From: an uncultured Verrucomicrobiae bacterium | GTDB lineage: Bacteria; Verrucomicrobiota; Verrucomicrobiia; Chthoniobacterales; Terrimicrobiaceae | NCBI GenBank assembly: GCA_963706955.1 | Contig: CAVPOC010000008.1 | Location: 224,001 to 288,000 of the forward strand | Direction of reading: 5' to 3' | DNA length: 64,000 nt | Part shown: in pieces, positions 1-9,938 of the stretch | How positions within the stretch are numbered: the stretch's first letter is position 1 | Layout: every line of letters begins with the position of its first letter | Position numbers and translations under genes: made by a program | The notes under the pieces: generated by a model | Databases searched by the model: none | Seen by the model: the letters and a program-made list of their open reading frames with translations, nothing else | What the model was told of the DNA's origin: nothing

Positions 1-881
1 ATTGCGAGGATCGCCTTTTGGGTATGCAAACGGTTCTCTGCCTGGCGAAAAATCGTGTCGGCGTGTTCCTCGAAAATGTCCTCGGCGATCTCCTTTCCTC
101 GATATGCCGGCAAGCAGTGTAAGACCAGGGCATCGGGCGCTACCGAGAGCAAATCGCGGTTGATCTGATACTTTTGCAACTGCGCCATGCGCAAGGCCGA
201 CTCGCTCTCCTTTCCCATGCTCACCCAGACATCTGTATAGAGGACACCCGCGCCGCGGGCTGCTTCCAGCGGATCTTCAAAGAATTCCACGTGGGTGGAA
301 ACACCGTTCGCCAGCTCCGGCGGCGGCCGAAATTTCTCGGGAGTCGCGACACGAAGTTGAAAATTGCATCGGACGGCCGCCCACATCCATGACCGAGCTA
401 CGTTGCAATCGCCATCCCCGATAAATGCTACCGGGCTCCGCTCAAGCGAGCGTCCGCTCTCTTCGATCGTGAACAGATCGGAGAGGATCTGACATGGATG
501 CTCGGCGTCCGTAAGCGCGTTGATAGTCGGAATGCCGCTGAACTTCGCGAAATCCTCGACATCGCTTTGCGCGAAAGTCCGGATGACCACGCCGTGCAGC
601 ATTCGTCCCATCACCCGCGCAGTGTCCTTGATTGGTTCGCCGCGGCCGAGCTGGATATCGCCGCCTGCCAGGAACATGACCGTTCCTCCTAATTCGCGAA
701 TCCCCACTTCAAAGGACACCCGCGTTCGCGTCGACGATTTCGAGAACATCAATGCCCAACATTTGTCTCGCAGCGGATGCGCAGCGTGCGAACCTCGGTT
801 CGCCTTGACGGCGTGGCTGAGAAAGACAATGCGCTCAATTTCGTCGCGACTCAGCGACTCAATGGAAAGAAGATTTTTCAT
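1..881 (-). CDS. argF: Ornithine carbamoyltransferase (3' end runs off the window)
   Basis: Not in the ORF track. Manual minus-strand translation from ATG 881 gives MKNLLSIESLSRDEI...FSKSSTRTRVSFE...QLGRGEPIKDTARV...HPCQILSD (STRT and HPCQ carbamoyltransferase motifs). Directly downstream of argD. Confidence 0.95.
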   Translation of the reverse strand, partial: MKNLLSIESLSRDEIERIVFLSHAVKANRGSHAAHPLRDKCWALMFSKSSTRTRVSFEVGIRELGGTVMFLAGGDIQLGRGEPIKDTARVMGRMLHGVVIRTFAQSDVEDFAKFSGIPTINALTDAEHPCQILSDLFTIEESGRSLERSPVAFIGDGDCNVARSWMWAAVRCNFQLRVATPEKFRPPPELANGVSTHVEFFEDPLEAARGAGVLYTDVWVSMGKESESALRMAQLQKYQINRDLLSVAPDALVLHCLPAYRGKEIAEDIFEEHADTIFRQAENRLHTQKAILA

Positions 882-962
882 GAAGTGACTAGGAACCCGT
901 CAGAGCTGGGATAAAGAATAACAGAGGTGCGACATGCCTAAATTTCCAAGCCGAAGGACGAG

Positions 963-2159
963 CTAGGCTGCGCTTAACGAATGCCCGATCTTTTCCAAGG
1001 CCTCATCGACCTCGGCAGCGGTCACGTTTAGGGGAGGCAGGAACCGAATGACGCGTTCTCCTGCCGGGATCACTAGCAATCCAAGCGCCATCAAATTCTT
1101 AACAAAGGGGATAGCGACATTCGCATCAGTCTCATCCGCGAGTTCGAACCCCACCATTAAACCAATTCCCCGGACTTCTCGGATCCGCGGACTTTTGAGT
1201 CCGAGCAGGCCGTCACGAAGCCGTGCACCTTGGACGACGGCGTTTTCGCAAAGCCGATCACGTTGAATTATCTCGAGCACCTTTGCAGCGGCGGCACAAC
1301 AGACCGGATTGCCACCGTAGGTGGTGCCGTGGGTGCCAGGTCCGAGCAGATCGCAGACCCCGCGCGAGCTAGTAGCCCAGAACGCACCGAGAGGAAATCC
1401 ATTGGCGATCCCCTTGGCCCAACTCACGCCGTCGGGCATCACGTTGGGATCCACACTTTTCCAGCCACACCAGTCTCCCGTGCGGCCGAGACCGCATTGG
1501 ATCTCATCAAAAAGCAGAAGGAGATCGTGGCGGTCACAAATGAGGCGCAGCCCCGCAAGAAAGTCGGCACTCGCGACATGGATACCTCCCTCTCCTTGCA
1601 CCGGCTCCACCAGAATAGCCGCGGTCTTCGGTCCAATGGCAGCAGAAACGGCATCCAAATCCTGGAAAGGAAGATGAACGAAGCCATCCAGCAGAGGGGC
1701 AAAGCCCTTCTTAATCTTCTCCTGAGCGGTTGCGGAGATGCCCGCCATGGTTCGGCCGTGAAAGGAGTTCTTAAAGGTGAGGATTTCGTAGCGCCCGGCA
1801 GCGTTTCCGAACTTGCGAGTGAGTTTGATCAATCCCTCGTTTGCCTCGGCGCCGCTGTTGCAAAAAAAGACCTTGCCAGGCCCGACCAATCCTACCAGGC
1901 GGCGGGCGAGTTCGGCTTGAGGGCCCGTCCGATACAGGTTGGATGTATGGACAAGGGTCGAAGCTTGTTTGCTCACCGCCTCGGTAATCTCCGGATGGGC
2001 GTGACCGAGCGAACACACGGCAATTCCCGCGCCAAAGTCGAGGTATTCCTTCCCATCAAAATCCCACACGCGACAGCCCGCGCCACGTGCGATGTCGAGT
2101 TCGAATCTCCCATACGTGGGCATGACAAACTCACTGTAGAGAGAGGCAAGTGCGGCCAT
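963..2159 (-). CDS. argD: Acetylornithine aminotransferase (class III PLP)
   Basis: NSGAEANE, FHGRT, EPVQGEGG, DEIQCGLGRTG, AKGIANG (PLP Lys), HGTTYGGNP; adjacent to argF. Start taken at ATG 2159 (MAALASLY). Confidence 0.93.
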   Translation of the reverse strand: MAALASLYSEFVMPTYGRFELDIARGAGCRVWDFDGKEYLDFGAGIAVCSLGHAHPEITEAVSKQASTLVHTSNLYRTGPQAELARRLVGLVGPGKVFFCNSGAEANEGLIKLTRKFGNAAGRYEILTFKNSFHGRTMAGISATAQEKIKKGFAPLLDGFVHLPFQDLDAVSAAIGPKTAAILVEPVQGEGGIHVASADFLAGLRLICDRHDLLLLFDEIQCGLGRTGDWCGWKSVDPNVMPDGVSWAKGIANGFPLGAFWATSSRGVCDLLGPGTHGTTYGGNPVCCAAAAKVLEIIQRDRLCENAVVQGARLRDGLLGLKSPRIREVRGIGLMVGFELADETDANVAIPFVKNLMALGLLVIPAGERVIRFLPPLNVTAAEVDEALEKIGHSLSAA

Positions 2160-2231
2160 TAGGAAGTTGGATCGCTTAAGGCAGGATGCGTCGATCAATT
2201 TCTCTTACGGAGGAGCTCGACCGAACGACCA

Positions 2232-3665
2232 TCAAACAGCTTCGCCGTAGGAACTCTCCACGCGCTCGGCCACATCCCGATACCCGTAGTCCACTTCGTA
2301 AATCTGTTTCATGCACTCGATGGACTTTTCTTCCTGGGACATCTTTTCGTAAACCAGCCCAAGGTTGTAAACGATTTCTTTTTTGATGTTGTCCATCTGA
2401 GCCAGCTCACTCGCCGCTGCAGAGAGGATATTGGCGGCCAGATCGAACATTTTGCGTTCGGTGTAGCATCTCCCCAGCAAGTTCATCGCCCGAAGCCGCA
2501 CGTTCGGATTTTGCCGCGCCCGCTGAAGTTCGGAGATCGCATCCTTGTAGTTACCGAGGCTGACGAAAATTTCGCCGAGCTCAAAGCGAAGCTGCAGGTC
2601 GGTCGGGTTGCGTTCGACGCGCTTTCTCGCTTCCTCAAGGAAGAGCTCAGCGCGCTGTCGCTTCATTTCCTCAAGCTGGCTCGCCTGCTCGGAGTCTACC
2701 GCGCCAGCTGGGACCGAGGCAACAGCCTCCTCAAGCCTGGCAATCACCTTATCCAATTGTTTGATTCGAAGGTCGGAGACCTTGCGAACCAAGGCAAAGT
2801 CGGTGTACTGCGAGAGTTGGGCCGCATAGCCGAACCAAGTGACGGCATTTTCCAGATCGTTCTTTTCCTCGTAAAGTTCGGCGATGCGGCGAGCGGTGTC
2901 GAGATTCTCAGGGTCCTGAACATATTTCTCGGCGAGCTCTCCAAGCAGGAAGTCGATCATGTCATCACCGCGATAAACCCTCGCCTGCTGTTCGAGGGCG
3001 ATCGCCTGATCCTTGTCTTTGATCAAATCACGATACGTGGTCTCCTCGCGTTCCCATCCTCCTCTTTGCATCGAAGCGGCCGCAGCGGCGTCTTTGCCAC
3101 CTTTGACAGCCGCGAGATCGTTGGGATTAATTTCCAGAATCTTTCCATAGACATCGCCCGCTTTCGATGGGCGCTCATTTTCCATGTAGAGCCTGGCAAG
3201 CTCATGCATGGTCTTCGTGTCCTTTGGATTTCCGGCGACGATCGTTTCGAGGGCAAAGAGGGCCGTCTCCGGCATTTTGGCCGCGAGAGCCGCTTCCTTC
3301 AGCAGAGTATTTGCCTGCGGGCCGTAGGGTTCGGACTCAAGCATTTTCTCGATCGCATCCAGCGCGTTCACAGGATCTTTTTTCACTTGGCTCTGAATCC
3401 TCATCATCGAAAGAGAGGCGCTGGACAGACTGTGCATCCTCACGGCGCTGGACATACTGCCGAGAACGCTCCGTTTCGCTCCCGACTTGGCCACCGCCGC
3501 CTTGCGCGCAAGCTGGCGCCCGAGGAGGAAATCCGGATGAGCCCGTAGCACAGCCTGCAGGAGCTGAATCGCGTAGGCGTAATTTCGAAGCTCCATTGCG
3601 CTCAGCGCCTTCAGCCAGGTCGCTCTTTGGCTTTCCGGCAGGTCTTTTTCCGATTTCACAGCCAT
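2232..3665 (-). CDS. Tetratricopeptide-repeat protein
   Basis: Repeated TPR-like helices (LRFELGEIFVSLGNYKDAISELQRA; YNLGLVYEKMSQEEKSIECMKQIY). Start at MAVKSEKDL. Confidence 0.85.
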   Translation of the reverse strand: MAVKSEKDLPESQRATWLKALSAMELRNYAYAIQLLQAVLRAHPDFLLGRQLARKAAVAKSGAKRSVLGSMSSAVRMHSLSSASLSMMRIQSQVKKDPVNALDAIEKMLESEPYGPQANTLLKEAALAAKMPETALFALETIVAGNPKDTKTMHELARLYMENERPSKAGDVYGKILEINPNDLAAVKGGKDAAAAASMQRGGWEREETTYRDLIKDKDQAIALEQQARVYRGDDMIDFLLGELAEKYVQDPENLDTARRIAELYEEKNDLENAVTWFGYAAQLSQYTDFALVRKVSDLRIKQLDKVIARLEEAVASVPAGAVDSEQASQLEEMKRQRAELFLEEARKRVERNPTDLQLRFELGEIFVSLGNYKDAISELQRARQNPNVRLRAMNLLGRCYTERKMFDLAANILSAAASELAQMDNIKKEIVYNLGLVYEKMSQEEKSIECMKQIYEVDYGYRDVAERVESSYGEAV

Positions 3666-3723
3666 AGCATAAGATGTGCGATTCGCCGGTGGCTTCAACG
3701 TGCTTTCCCGACGTGCCTCCTCG

Positions 3724-4033
3724 CTAACGGTTTGCCGGCGCCGGACCAGGAGTGGGCCGGTTTGTTGCCGGGCCGGCCGGCGGCGCCTTCTGAGCCGGAG
3801 AACTTGTCGGGATGGGCGAAGAGGCCGGCGTCGGAGATGATTGACCGGGCGGGCGAGCCCGTGCGCTCTCTTCCCTGGAAAGCACCGACCCGACGAAAAA
3901 CAGAAGTGCATTCCACTCGCACCTTTGCTCCCTCGGGGAACCTTGCTGACCCATGCTCAAAGAGAACGACAAAACCAAAAGTTAATACGGCGAGAAGAAT
4001 CAGCCTGACGACGAATCTGAGCAAAAATCTCAT
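3724..4033 (-). CDS. Small membrane protein with Pro-rich tail, split by a +1 frameshift near 3920
   Basis: ATG 4033 overlaps the upstream stop (ATGA). TM segment MRFLLRFVVRLILLAVLTFGFVVLFEHG in one frame continues as EWNALLFFVGSVLSREE...PAPANR in another; the span is 310 nt = 103 codons + 1. Confidence 0.6.
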
Positions 4034-4950
4034 CGCAAGAACTCTGATGTGATGAAAAAGCCGCGCCTCAACGATTCGCCCGGCGCAATTCTTTGGATTC
4101 CGATCTTTTCTTCGAATTGTTTGGGCGGGTTGCTGTCCGGCAAACCCCAGCACGGCTCGATGCAGATGAAGGTCGGCTTGTCGGCCCAAAGGGTCACGAA
4201 TGGAACTTCCGAAAAGTCAAAACCGATGCGTCTGCCAAGATTCGGATCTTCGAGCACAATAATTCGCTTGGACACACCCTCCAGGCCAACCAAATAGGAA
4301 TCGGGCAGCTTGGCTTTGGCAAAGGGCATTTCGCCACCGGCAAATTCAATTTTCTCGGTGCGGCCATCGAGGAAATTTCCCGGCGCAAAGTAGCGCACGT
4401 AGGTTCCTGGCGGGAGCAGAACTTTGCAGTCGTCCAACGACGACACCGCAAAACCTGGGTGCAGACCAAAGCTTACATGCGCATCCAGCTCGGCTTCCTC
4501 ATTCGTGAAGAGAAATTCGATCCTCAGCCCGTCGCTCAAAAGTGCGTAGCTCAAGGAGAGCGAGACTTTGAGCGGATAGGCGTCCGGCGGAACGCGGCTG
4601 GCAGGAACCCGATAGACGAGCGCTGCGCCACTAACCTCGGGGGGATCGAAGACGAAGTGGCGCAAAAAACCATGATTACCGCCGCGAATCGTGAAGCCAC
4701 GATAATTCGATTGTTCCTTCCAAAGCCGATGAAGAAAATATCCCATGACGGTGGCATGATTCGCCCAACCGGAATCTGGAGGTGCGGTTTCGCCATCGCG
4801 ATAAAGAAATCCCTGCCACTCGCCAGCCGGATCCCGCCTTGCCAAGGAGATCATCTCTGCTCCGGTCCGACTTACGGCAACCCGGAGATCGGAGGTTTCG
4901 AGAATATCCAGTGTGACGCCATTTTTCTGAAGCGTTTGGGAGGCTGCCAT
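4030..4950 (-). CDS. Aldose 1-epimerase/galactose mutarotase-like family protein
   Basis: NHGFLR, FGLHPGF, FICIEPCWG motifs typical of the mutarotase-like (LacX) family. Start MAASQTLQ. Confidence 0.85.
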   Translation of the reverse strand: MAASQTLQKNGVTLDILETSDLRVAVSRTGAEMISLARRDPAGEWQGFLYRDGETAPPDSGWANHATVMGYFLHRLWKEQSNYRGFTIRGGNHGFLRHFVFDPPEVSGAALVYRVPASRVPPDAYPLKVSLSLSYALLSDGLRIEFLFTNEEAELDAHVSFGLHPGFAVSSLDDCKVLLPPGTYVRYFAPGNFLDGRTEKIEFAGGEMPFAKAKLPDSYLVGLEGVSKRIIVLEDPNLGRRIGFDFSEVPFVTLWADKPTFICIEPCWGLPDSNPPKQFEEKIGIQRIAPGESLRRGFFITSEFLR

Positions 4951-5007
4951 GCCGATGATCAGAGCAGATTTCTTGCAGCAATTCAAATTCTCCCTCCATA
5001 TTCCGGT

Positions 5008-5400
5008 GTGCAGCGCCGCCAACTGCTCGAGCGAATGAAATCGCTCGGCGTGCGAGCCGAGGATCTCGAGGAGACCTTCTCGCGCTCGGGAGGCCCCGGA
5101 GGCCAGCACGTCAACAAGGTCAGCTCGGCCGCCACACTTCTTCATCGCCCCACGGGGATCAGTGTGACCGCCTCCGACAGCCGCTCGCAGGCCGCGAATC
5201 GGCAGTTGGCACTTGGTCGTCTCCTCGACCTGCTGGAAAGACATGCCGAACGATCCCGTCAGGCGCAATCGGCGGCAGTTTCAAAAGCTCGCCGACAAAA
5301 AGCCCGTCGCTCTCGCCAAACCAAAGCCGAGATGGCGGAAGGCAAACGGCGCCGCGCCCAGGTAAAGAAACTGCGCCGCAAGGTTGAACCGGAGGCGTGA
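5008..5400 (+). CDS. arfB: Alternative ribosome-rescue peptidyl-tRNA hydrolase (ArfB/YaeJ-like)
   Basis: RSGGPGGQHVNK (GGQ) and SRSQAANR motifs, no codon-recognition domain, very basic C-terminal tail. GTG 5008 or ATG 5035 start. Confidence 0.85.
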   Translation: MQRRQLLERMKSLGVRAEDLEETFSRSGGPGGQHVNKVSSAATLLHRPTGISVTASDSRSQAANRQLALGRLLDLLERHAERSRQAQSAAVSKARRQKARRSRQTKAEMAEGKRRRAQVKKLRRKVEPEA

Positions 5401-5492
5401 AGCGCGTCCTTGCGTTCGCAAAATTCCGCGATGAAACGCATGCGGAAAATTAACTTCCAGTGCATCACCGGCGCTCATAGATTCGGCGCGTC

Positions 5493-6380
5493 ATGGACCT
5501 GCTCGCGTGTGATCTCCCGGGAATCACGAAATATCGCAGCGGCAAAGTTCGCGAAGTCTTCGACCTTGGAGAGAATCTTCTCCTCGTTGCCACCGACCGG
5601 ATCTCGGCGTTCGACTGCATCCTCCCAAACGCCATTCCCCATAAGGGGGAGGTGCTCAATCAAATTTCGGCGTTTTGGTTTGAGAAACTCGACTTCGTTC
5701 CCAACCATGTCGTCGCGACGCACTTTCGTTTATTTCCAGCCAGCCTCAAACCATTTGAAGACCAGATTGCAGGCCGTTCGATGATTGTGAAGAAAACCGC
5801 GCCGCTGCCCGTCGAGTGTGTCGCCCGCGGCTATCTCGCAGGATCTGGTTGGAAGGAATATCAGGAAAAAGGAAGTATTGGCGGAAATGGCCTCCCCGAT
5901 GGGCTTCGTCAGAGCGATCGTCTCCCAGAGACCCTTTTCACGCCGGCAATCAAGGCGACCTCGGGCCATGACGAGAACATTAGCTGGCGGGAATGCCGAG
6001 CTCTCTTAGGAGACGACATCGCGCTGCAAGTTCGTCAGTGGACGATTGACCTCTACGAGCACGGTCGAGCCTATGCCGCGCAGAGCGGGATCATTGTTGC
6101 CGACACCAAGTTCGAGTTTGGAGTCCTCGACGACGAAGTCATACTGATCGACGAATGCCTCACGCCCGATTCCTCGCGATTCTGGGCCGCAGACACATAC
6201 TCCCCCGGAAGCAGTCCGCCCTCTTTCGACAAACAATTCGTGCGAGACTACTTAGAATCGGTGAACTGGAACAAGCAGCCGCCGTCTCCCTCGCTCCCGC
6301 CCGAGATCATCGCGCGCACCTCCGAGAAGTACCTCGATGCATACGGCCGCCTCACCGGGCTTCGGCTGGCCCCTATTTAG
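5493..6380 (+). CDS. purC: SAICAR synthetase
   Basis: GKVREVF, TDRISAFD, PVECVARGY, DTKFEFG, TPDSSRFW, DKQFVRDY. Confidence 0.97.
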   Translation: MDLLACDLPGITKYRSGKVREVFDLGENLLLVATDRISAFDCILPNAIPHKGEVLNQISAFWFEKLDFVPNHVVATHFRLFPASLKPFEDQIAGRSMIVKKTAPLPVECVARGYLAGSGWKEYQEKGSIGGNGLPDGLRQSDRLPETLFTPAIKATSGHDENISWRECRALLGDDIALQVRQWTIDLYEHGRAYAAQSGIIVADTKFEFGVLDDEVILIDECLTPDSSRFWAADTYSPGSSPPSFDKQFVRDYLESVNWNKQPPSPSLPPEIIARTSEKYLDAYGRLTGLRLAPI

Positions 6381-6440
6381 ACAGCGCCATCTCACTCGAC
6401 GATCAGGCGGCTCGATTCAACCTCGCGCGGTTCCGCTCGC

Positions 6441-7331
6441 ATGGAACAGTTGATCGATCAATTCATTCTCTATCTGGCGACCGAACGTGGGCTCTCGACC
6501 AATTACCAGCTGTCGACCCGACGTTCTCTGGAAACGTTCGCGAAATGGCTGGTCGCGTCGGCCAAAGTTTCCACTTTCGAAGACATAAGAGCGGGCCACT
6601 TCGCCGAGTATCTGACTTGGCGAAAGCGGGCGGGGCTGGCGACCGCGTCGATCAAACTGGAAGCAATCGCACTGAGGGTGTTCTTTCGCTTTCTGCTCGC
6701 AAGAAAGATTCTCTTGAGCAACCCGGCGGAGAACCTGGGGCTTCCCCGGATCGAAAAATATTTGCCGGAGACGCTGGACGCCGCGGCAATCAAGCGCCTG
6801 CTTGAAAGTGTCGGCGACACCGACGCGCTCGGCTTGCGCGACCGAGCGATGCTCGAGCTGCTTTACGCGAGTGGCCTGAGAATTTCTGAGCTCTGCACGA
6901 TCAGACTCGAAAATCTCGATTTAGAGGAAGGGATGATCCGCGTGACCGGCAAAGGAAACAAGACCCGCCTGGTTCCGGTCGGGTCTGAAGCGTGCCGGGC
7001 CTTGGGCCGATACTTGGAACTCGAAAGACCAAGACTCGTTTCGCGGCGCACGGGAGCGGAGGTCTTTCTCTCCATCCGCGGAAGAAAGCTGACTCCGCAA
7101 CGGGTGTGGCAATTGATCAAGGCTTACGCCGCGCGTGCCGGGCTTGACGCCAACGTCTACCCTCACCTTTTCCGGCATAGCTTCGCCACCCACCTACTCG
7201 CTGGGGGGGCTGATCTACGCATCATTCAGGAGATGCTTGGTCACGCCGACATCTCCACAACGCAAATTTACACGCACGTGGACTCCACCCATTTGAAGAC
7301 TGTCCATCGGAAGTTCCACCCTCGCGCCTAG
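6441..7331 (+). CDS. xerD: Site-specific tyrosine recombinase, XerD-type
   Basis: LYASGLRISE, GKGNKTRLVP, HLFRHSFATHLL, LGHADISTTQIYTHV (R-K-H-R-H-Y); 296 aa; housekeeping context. Confidence 0.88.
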   Translation: MEQLIDQFILYLATERGLSTNYQLSTRRSLETFAKWLVASAKVSTFEDIRAGHFAEYLTWRKRAGLATASIKLEAIALRVFFRFLLARKILLSNPAENLGLPRIEKYLPETLDAAAIKRLLESVGDTDALGLRDRAMLELLYASGLRISELCTIRLENLDLEEGMIRVTGKGNKTRLVPVGSEACRALGRYLELERPRLVSRRTGAEVFLSIRGRKLTPQRVWQLIKAYAARAGLDANVYPHLFRHSFATHLLAGGADLRIIQEMLGHADISTTQIYTHVDSTHLKTVHRKFHPRA

Positions 7332-7631
7332 GAGACTGTTGAAAAACTCACGTATGCCACGTTGCTGCCAATTTTCGGAAGATCGCAAGGAGCCAAGCGC
7401 AGGTCGTAGCCGCAGTGCTACGGACAAGCTTGGCGACACCGCGAGGGCCGAAAATTAGCGCAACCCGGAGGGCGCGAACTCTTTGGGGCACCTTGGAAGG
7501 GTGAGGGGCCCCTTCCCCTCACGGGCGTCGCTCCTCAGTTACAGCCCCTTGAGGGGATGCTCCTTCGTCGCTTCACCGATATCTACCCCAAAGAGCTCGC
7601 GCGTGACATGCGTGAGTTCTTCAACAGTCTC
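7332..7631. mobile_element. MITE-like non-autonomous element, 300 bp
   Basis: 30-bp terminal inverted repeats (GAGACTGTTGAAAAACTCACGTATGCCACG at 7332-7361; reverse complement of 7602-7631 GAGACTGTTGAAGAACTCACGCATGTCACG, 27/30 identical), flanked by CTAG at 7328-7331 and 7632-7635; no transposase ORF. Confidence 0.85.
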
Positions 7632-7672
7632 CTAGGCGAAACGCCAAGCGCCTCGCATGCTCGCAGTAAGTG

Positions 7673-8383
7673 TCAGCGACGGAGGGAAAGAAGAATACGC
7701 AAGATGTACCAGAAGAGGAGCGCTATCGAAGCAAACAAAGAGAGAGAGGCAGCCACATACTGATCTGTCCGGTAATGCAGAAAGACGTTAGAAGTGCTGT
7801 ATAAAATAGCCGCGCCCGCAAAGAGCACCATTATGCCGGCAAAGAATGTTCCGAGATTAAAACCGAATAGAATGCTCGCCACAATGGTGCCCAGAGCGAC
7901 GAAGCTTCCGACGATGAGCGCTCCGCGCAGAAAGGAAAAATCGATACGCGTTGTCACCACCACGGCCGTCAAACCAAGAAAGAGGCCGATAGTAATCATC
8001 GCGGCCATCGGAATCACTTCGGGAGAGCTGTAAAACGCCGCGACGTATAAAATGGGGATGAAAATGATCGCCTGAGCGACGACATATAGCGCCAGTCCCG
8101 CATACTGAAGTGTCAGGCTGGCCCCTGAATTCGCCCAGGATTCAGCAAGCCAAGAGACGCCCATAAATAACGCCAGAACGATCAGCCACGAATACTGCGT
8201 GCCGACCATGAGCTTTATCATCGCCGGCGCCATCGCGGAGTTTAGGAAAACCGCCTCCAGGGCGACAAATGCCAAGATGGCGGCAGCCAGGTGCGCGTAA
8301 GTCCTGCGGATAAAACGAGAGCGCTCGATTGGTGGCGCCTCGGCGACAACCACGAAGGGGTTAGTGTAGGCACGTTGATTCAT
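7673..8383 (-). CDS. Bax inhibitor-1/YccA family membrane protein
   Basis: About 7 hydrophobic helices; RSRFIRRTYAHL, DFSFL, ILYSTSNV...YVAASLSLF pattern. Confidence 0.88.
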   Translation of the reverse strand: MNQRAYTNPFVVVAEAPPIERSRFIRRTYAHLAAAILAFVALEAVFLNSAMAPAMIKLMVGTQYSWLIVLALFMGVSWLAESWANSGASLTLQYAGLALYVVAQAIIFIPILYVAAFYSSPEVIPMAAMITIGLFLGLTAVVVTTRIDFSFLRGALIVGSFVALGTIVASILFGFNLGTFFAGIMVLFAGAAILYSTSNVFLHYRTDQYVAASLSLFASIALLFWYILRILLSLRR

Positions 8384-8457
8384 AAGCTAAACAAGAGTAA
8401 ATTCCCGAGCGTGCCGCCCAACGCAAGCCTTTTCAATGGCTACCTGGCACTGCCCAC

Positions 8458-9798
8458 TTAGATTTCGGCCAGCGACGCGTCCAAGACATCAAGCACAAAG
8501 TCTGCATCTGCCTGAGTGATGCAGAGAGGCGGAGCGATCCGAATGACGTGGCCCCACAAGCCACCTTTCCCTAACAAGAGTCCGTTATTGCGGGCCTTCT
8601 CAAGGACCCGGGCGCACGCAGCTGTGGCCGGTTCCTTGGAGCCGCGATCCGTAACTAATTCCACGCCCAGCAAGAGTCCTTTGCCACGGACGTCGCCGAC
8701 TACCCTATGCTTCAACTTCAGCTTCTCGAGTCCGGATAGTATGTGAGTGCCTAATCGACAAGCATTCTCCTGCAACTTCTCGCGTTCGATTACTTCCAGC
8801 ACCGCTTTACCGACGGCCATGCCGACCGGATTTCCTCCAAACGTGTTGAAGTGAATCCGTTGCGCCAACACCCGCCCGATCTCCGGAGTCGTCACGACCG
8901 CCGCTAGTGGGTACCCGTTGCCAATCCCCTTCGCCATCGTGACGATATCGGGGATGACCTCTTGTGTTTCAAAGCCCCAAAAATGGCTCCCCATGCGGCC
9001 AAAGCCAGTCTGCACCTCATCGGCAATGCAGAGACCACCAGCCTCGCGAACAAACGCATACACAGCCTGGAGGTAACCGTCGGGAAATAGAACACATCCG
9101 CCAACCCCTTGAATAGATTCCGCAATAAAAGCCGCGACACGCCCGGGCGTAGCAAAATCGATCAACTGCTTAACGTCGGCGGCAAACTTGATGCCTGCTT
9201 GCGCATCGTCACGCGAATAGGGCCCGCGATATGGGTCGGGTGCCAAGGCGTGGTGAACGCCGAAGCTATGCGGAATGTTAAATTTCCAGGTGCTCTGCGC
9301 CGTCATGGAAAGTGCAGCAGCATTTCCGCCATGATAAGCATTGCGCAGGGCAATGACGTCATAATTGCCCGTGTAGGCTCGCGCCATAAGAAGGGCGAGA
9401 TCATTGGCTTCGGAACCCGAGTTGACGAAATAGCAGACTTTTAAATCGGGCGGCAGCTTCGAAGCCAAATGCCGGGCATACTCGCCGACTGCGGGATGGA
9501 GGTGGATCGTTGTCGCGTGCTGTAAGGTTCCCATCTGGCGTCGCGCGGCATCGATAACTTCCGGATGCCGATGCCCGACGCTGATAGTGACGATCCCGCC
9601 GAACGCATCCAAATACCGTTTGCCGGTTTCGTCCCAGACATACTGCATCCACCCCTCAACCAGCATGAGCGGCTTCTGGTAGTAGAGAAAAATTCCCGGA
9701 TTCAGGAATTCCCGGCGGAGCGCAAGCACTTCATCGGCAGTGGGTCCGTGGTACGTCCTTGGCTGAAAATCACAGCAAGGGAGCGAAACTTCCCTCAT
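8458..9798 (-). CDS. Class III aminotransferase, alanine-glyoxylate aminotransferase 2-like
   Basis: [51 protein letters not shown]. Confidence 0.88.
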   Translation of the reverse strand: MREVSLPCCDFQPRTYHGPTADEVLALRREFLNPGIFLYYQKPLMLVEGWMQYVWDETGKRYLDAFGGIVTISVGHRHPEVIDAARRQMGTLQHATTIHLHPAVGEYARHLASKLPPDLKVCYFVNSGSEANDLALLMARAYTGNYDVIALRNAYHGGNAAALSMTAQSTWKFNIPHSFGVHHALAPDPYRGPYSRDDAQAGIKFAADVKQLIDFATPGRVAAFIAESIQGVGGCVLFPDGYLQAVYAFVREAGGLCIADEVQTGFGRMGSHFWGFETQEVIPDIVTMAKGIGNGYPLAAVVTTPEIGRVLAQRIHFNTFGGNPVGMAVGKAVLEVIEREKLQENACRLGTHILSGLEKLKLKHRVVGDVRGKGLLLGVELVTDRGSKEPATAACARVLEKARNNGLLLGKGGLWGHVIRIAPPLCITQADADFVLDVLDASLAEI

Positions 9799-9938
9799 CG
9801 CGCGGCTGCCAGCGTAAGTCGTGCCTTGTCGCCAGAGTTCACAGGTGCCCGGAAAGGAGCGCGGCTAATTACAAACGCCTTCTCGGAGTGCACGAGCGGA
9901 GGACTAGCGAAGCGATGCCCAGGCCGTTGCAGAGGACT

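Noticed and set aside
6441..7331. Tyrosine recombinase as a phage or island integrase
   Set aside because: Size and motifs fit chromosomal XerD; flanks are housekeeping; no att/tRNA site or cargo was seen.
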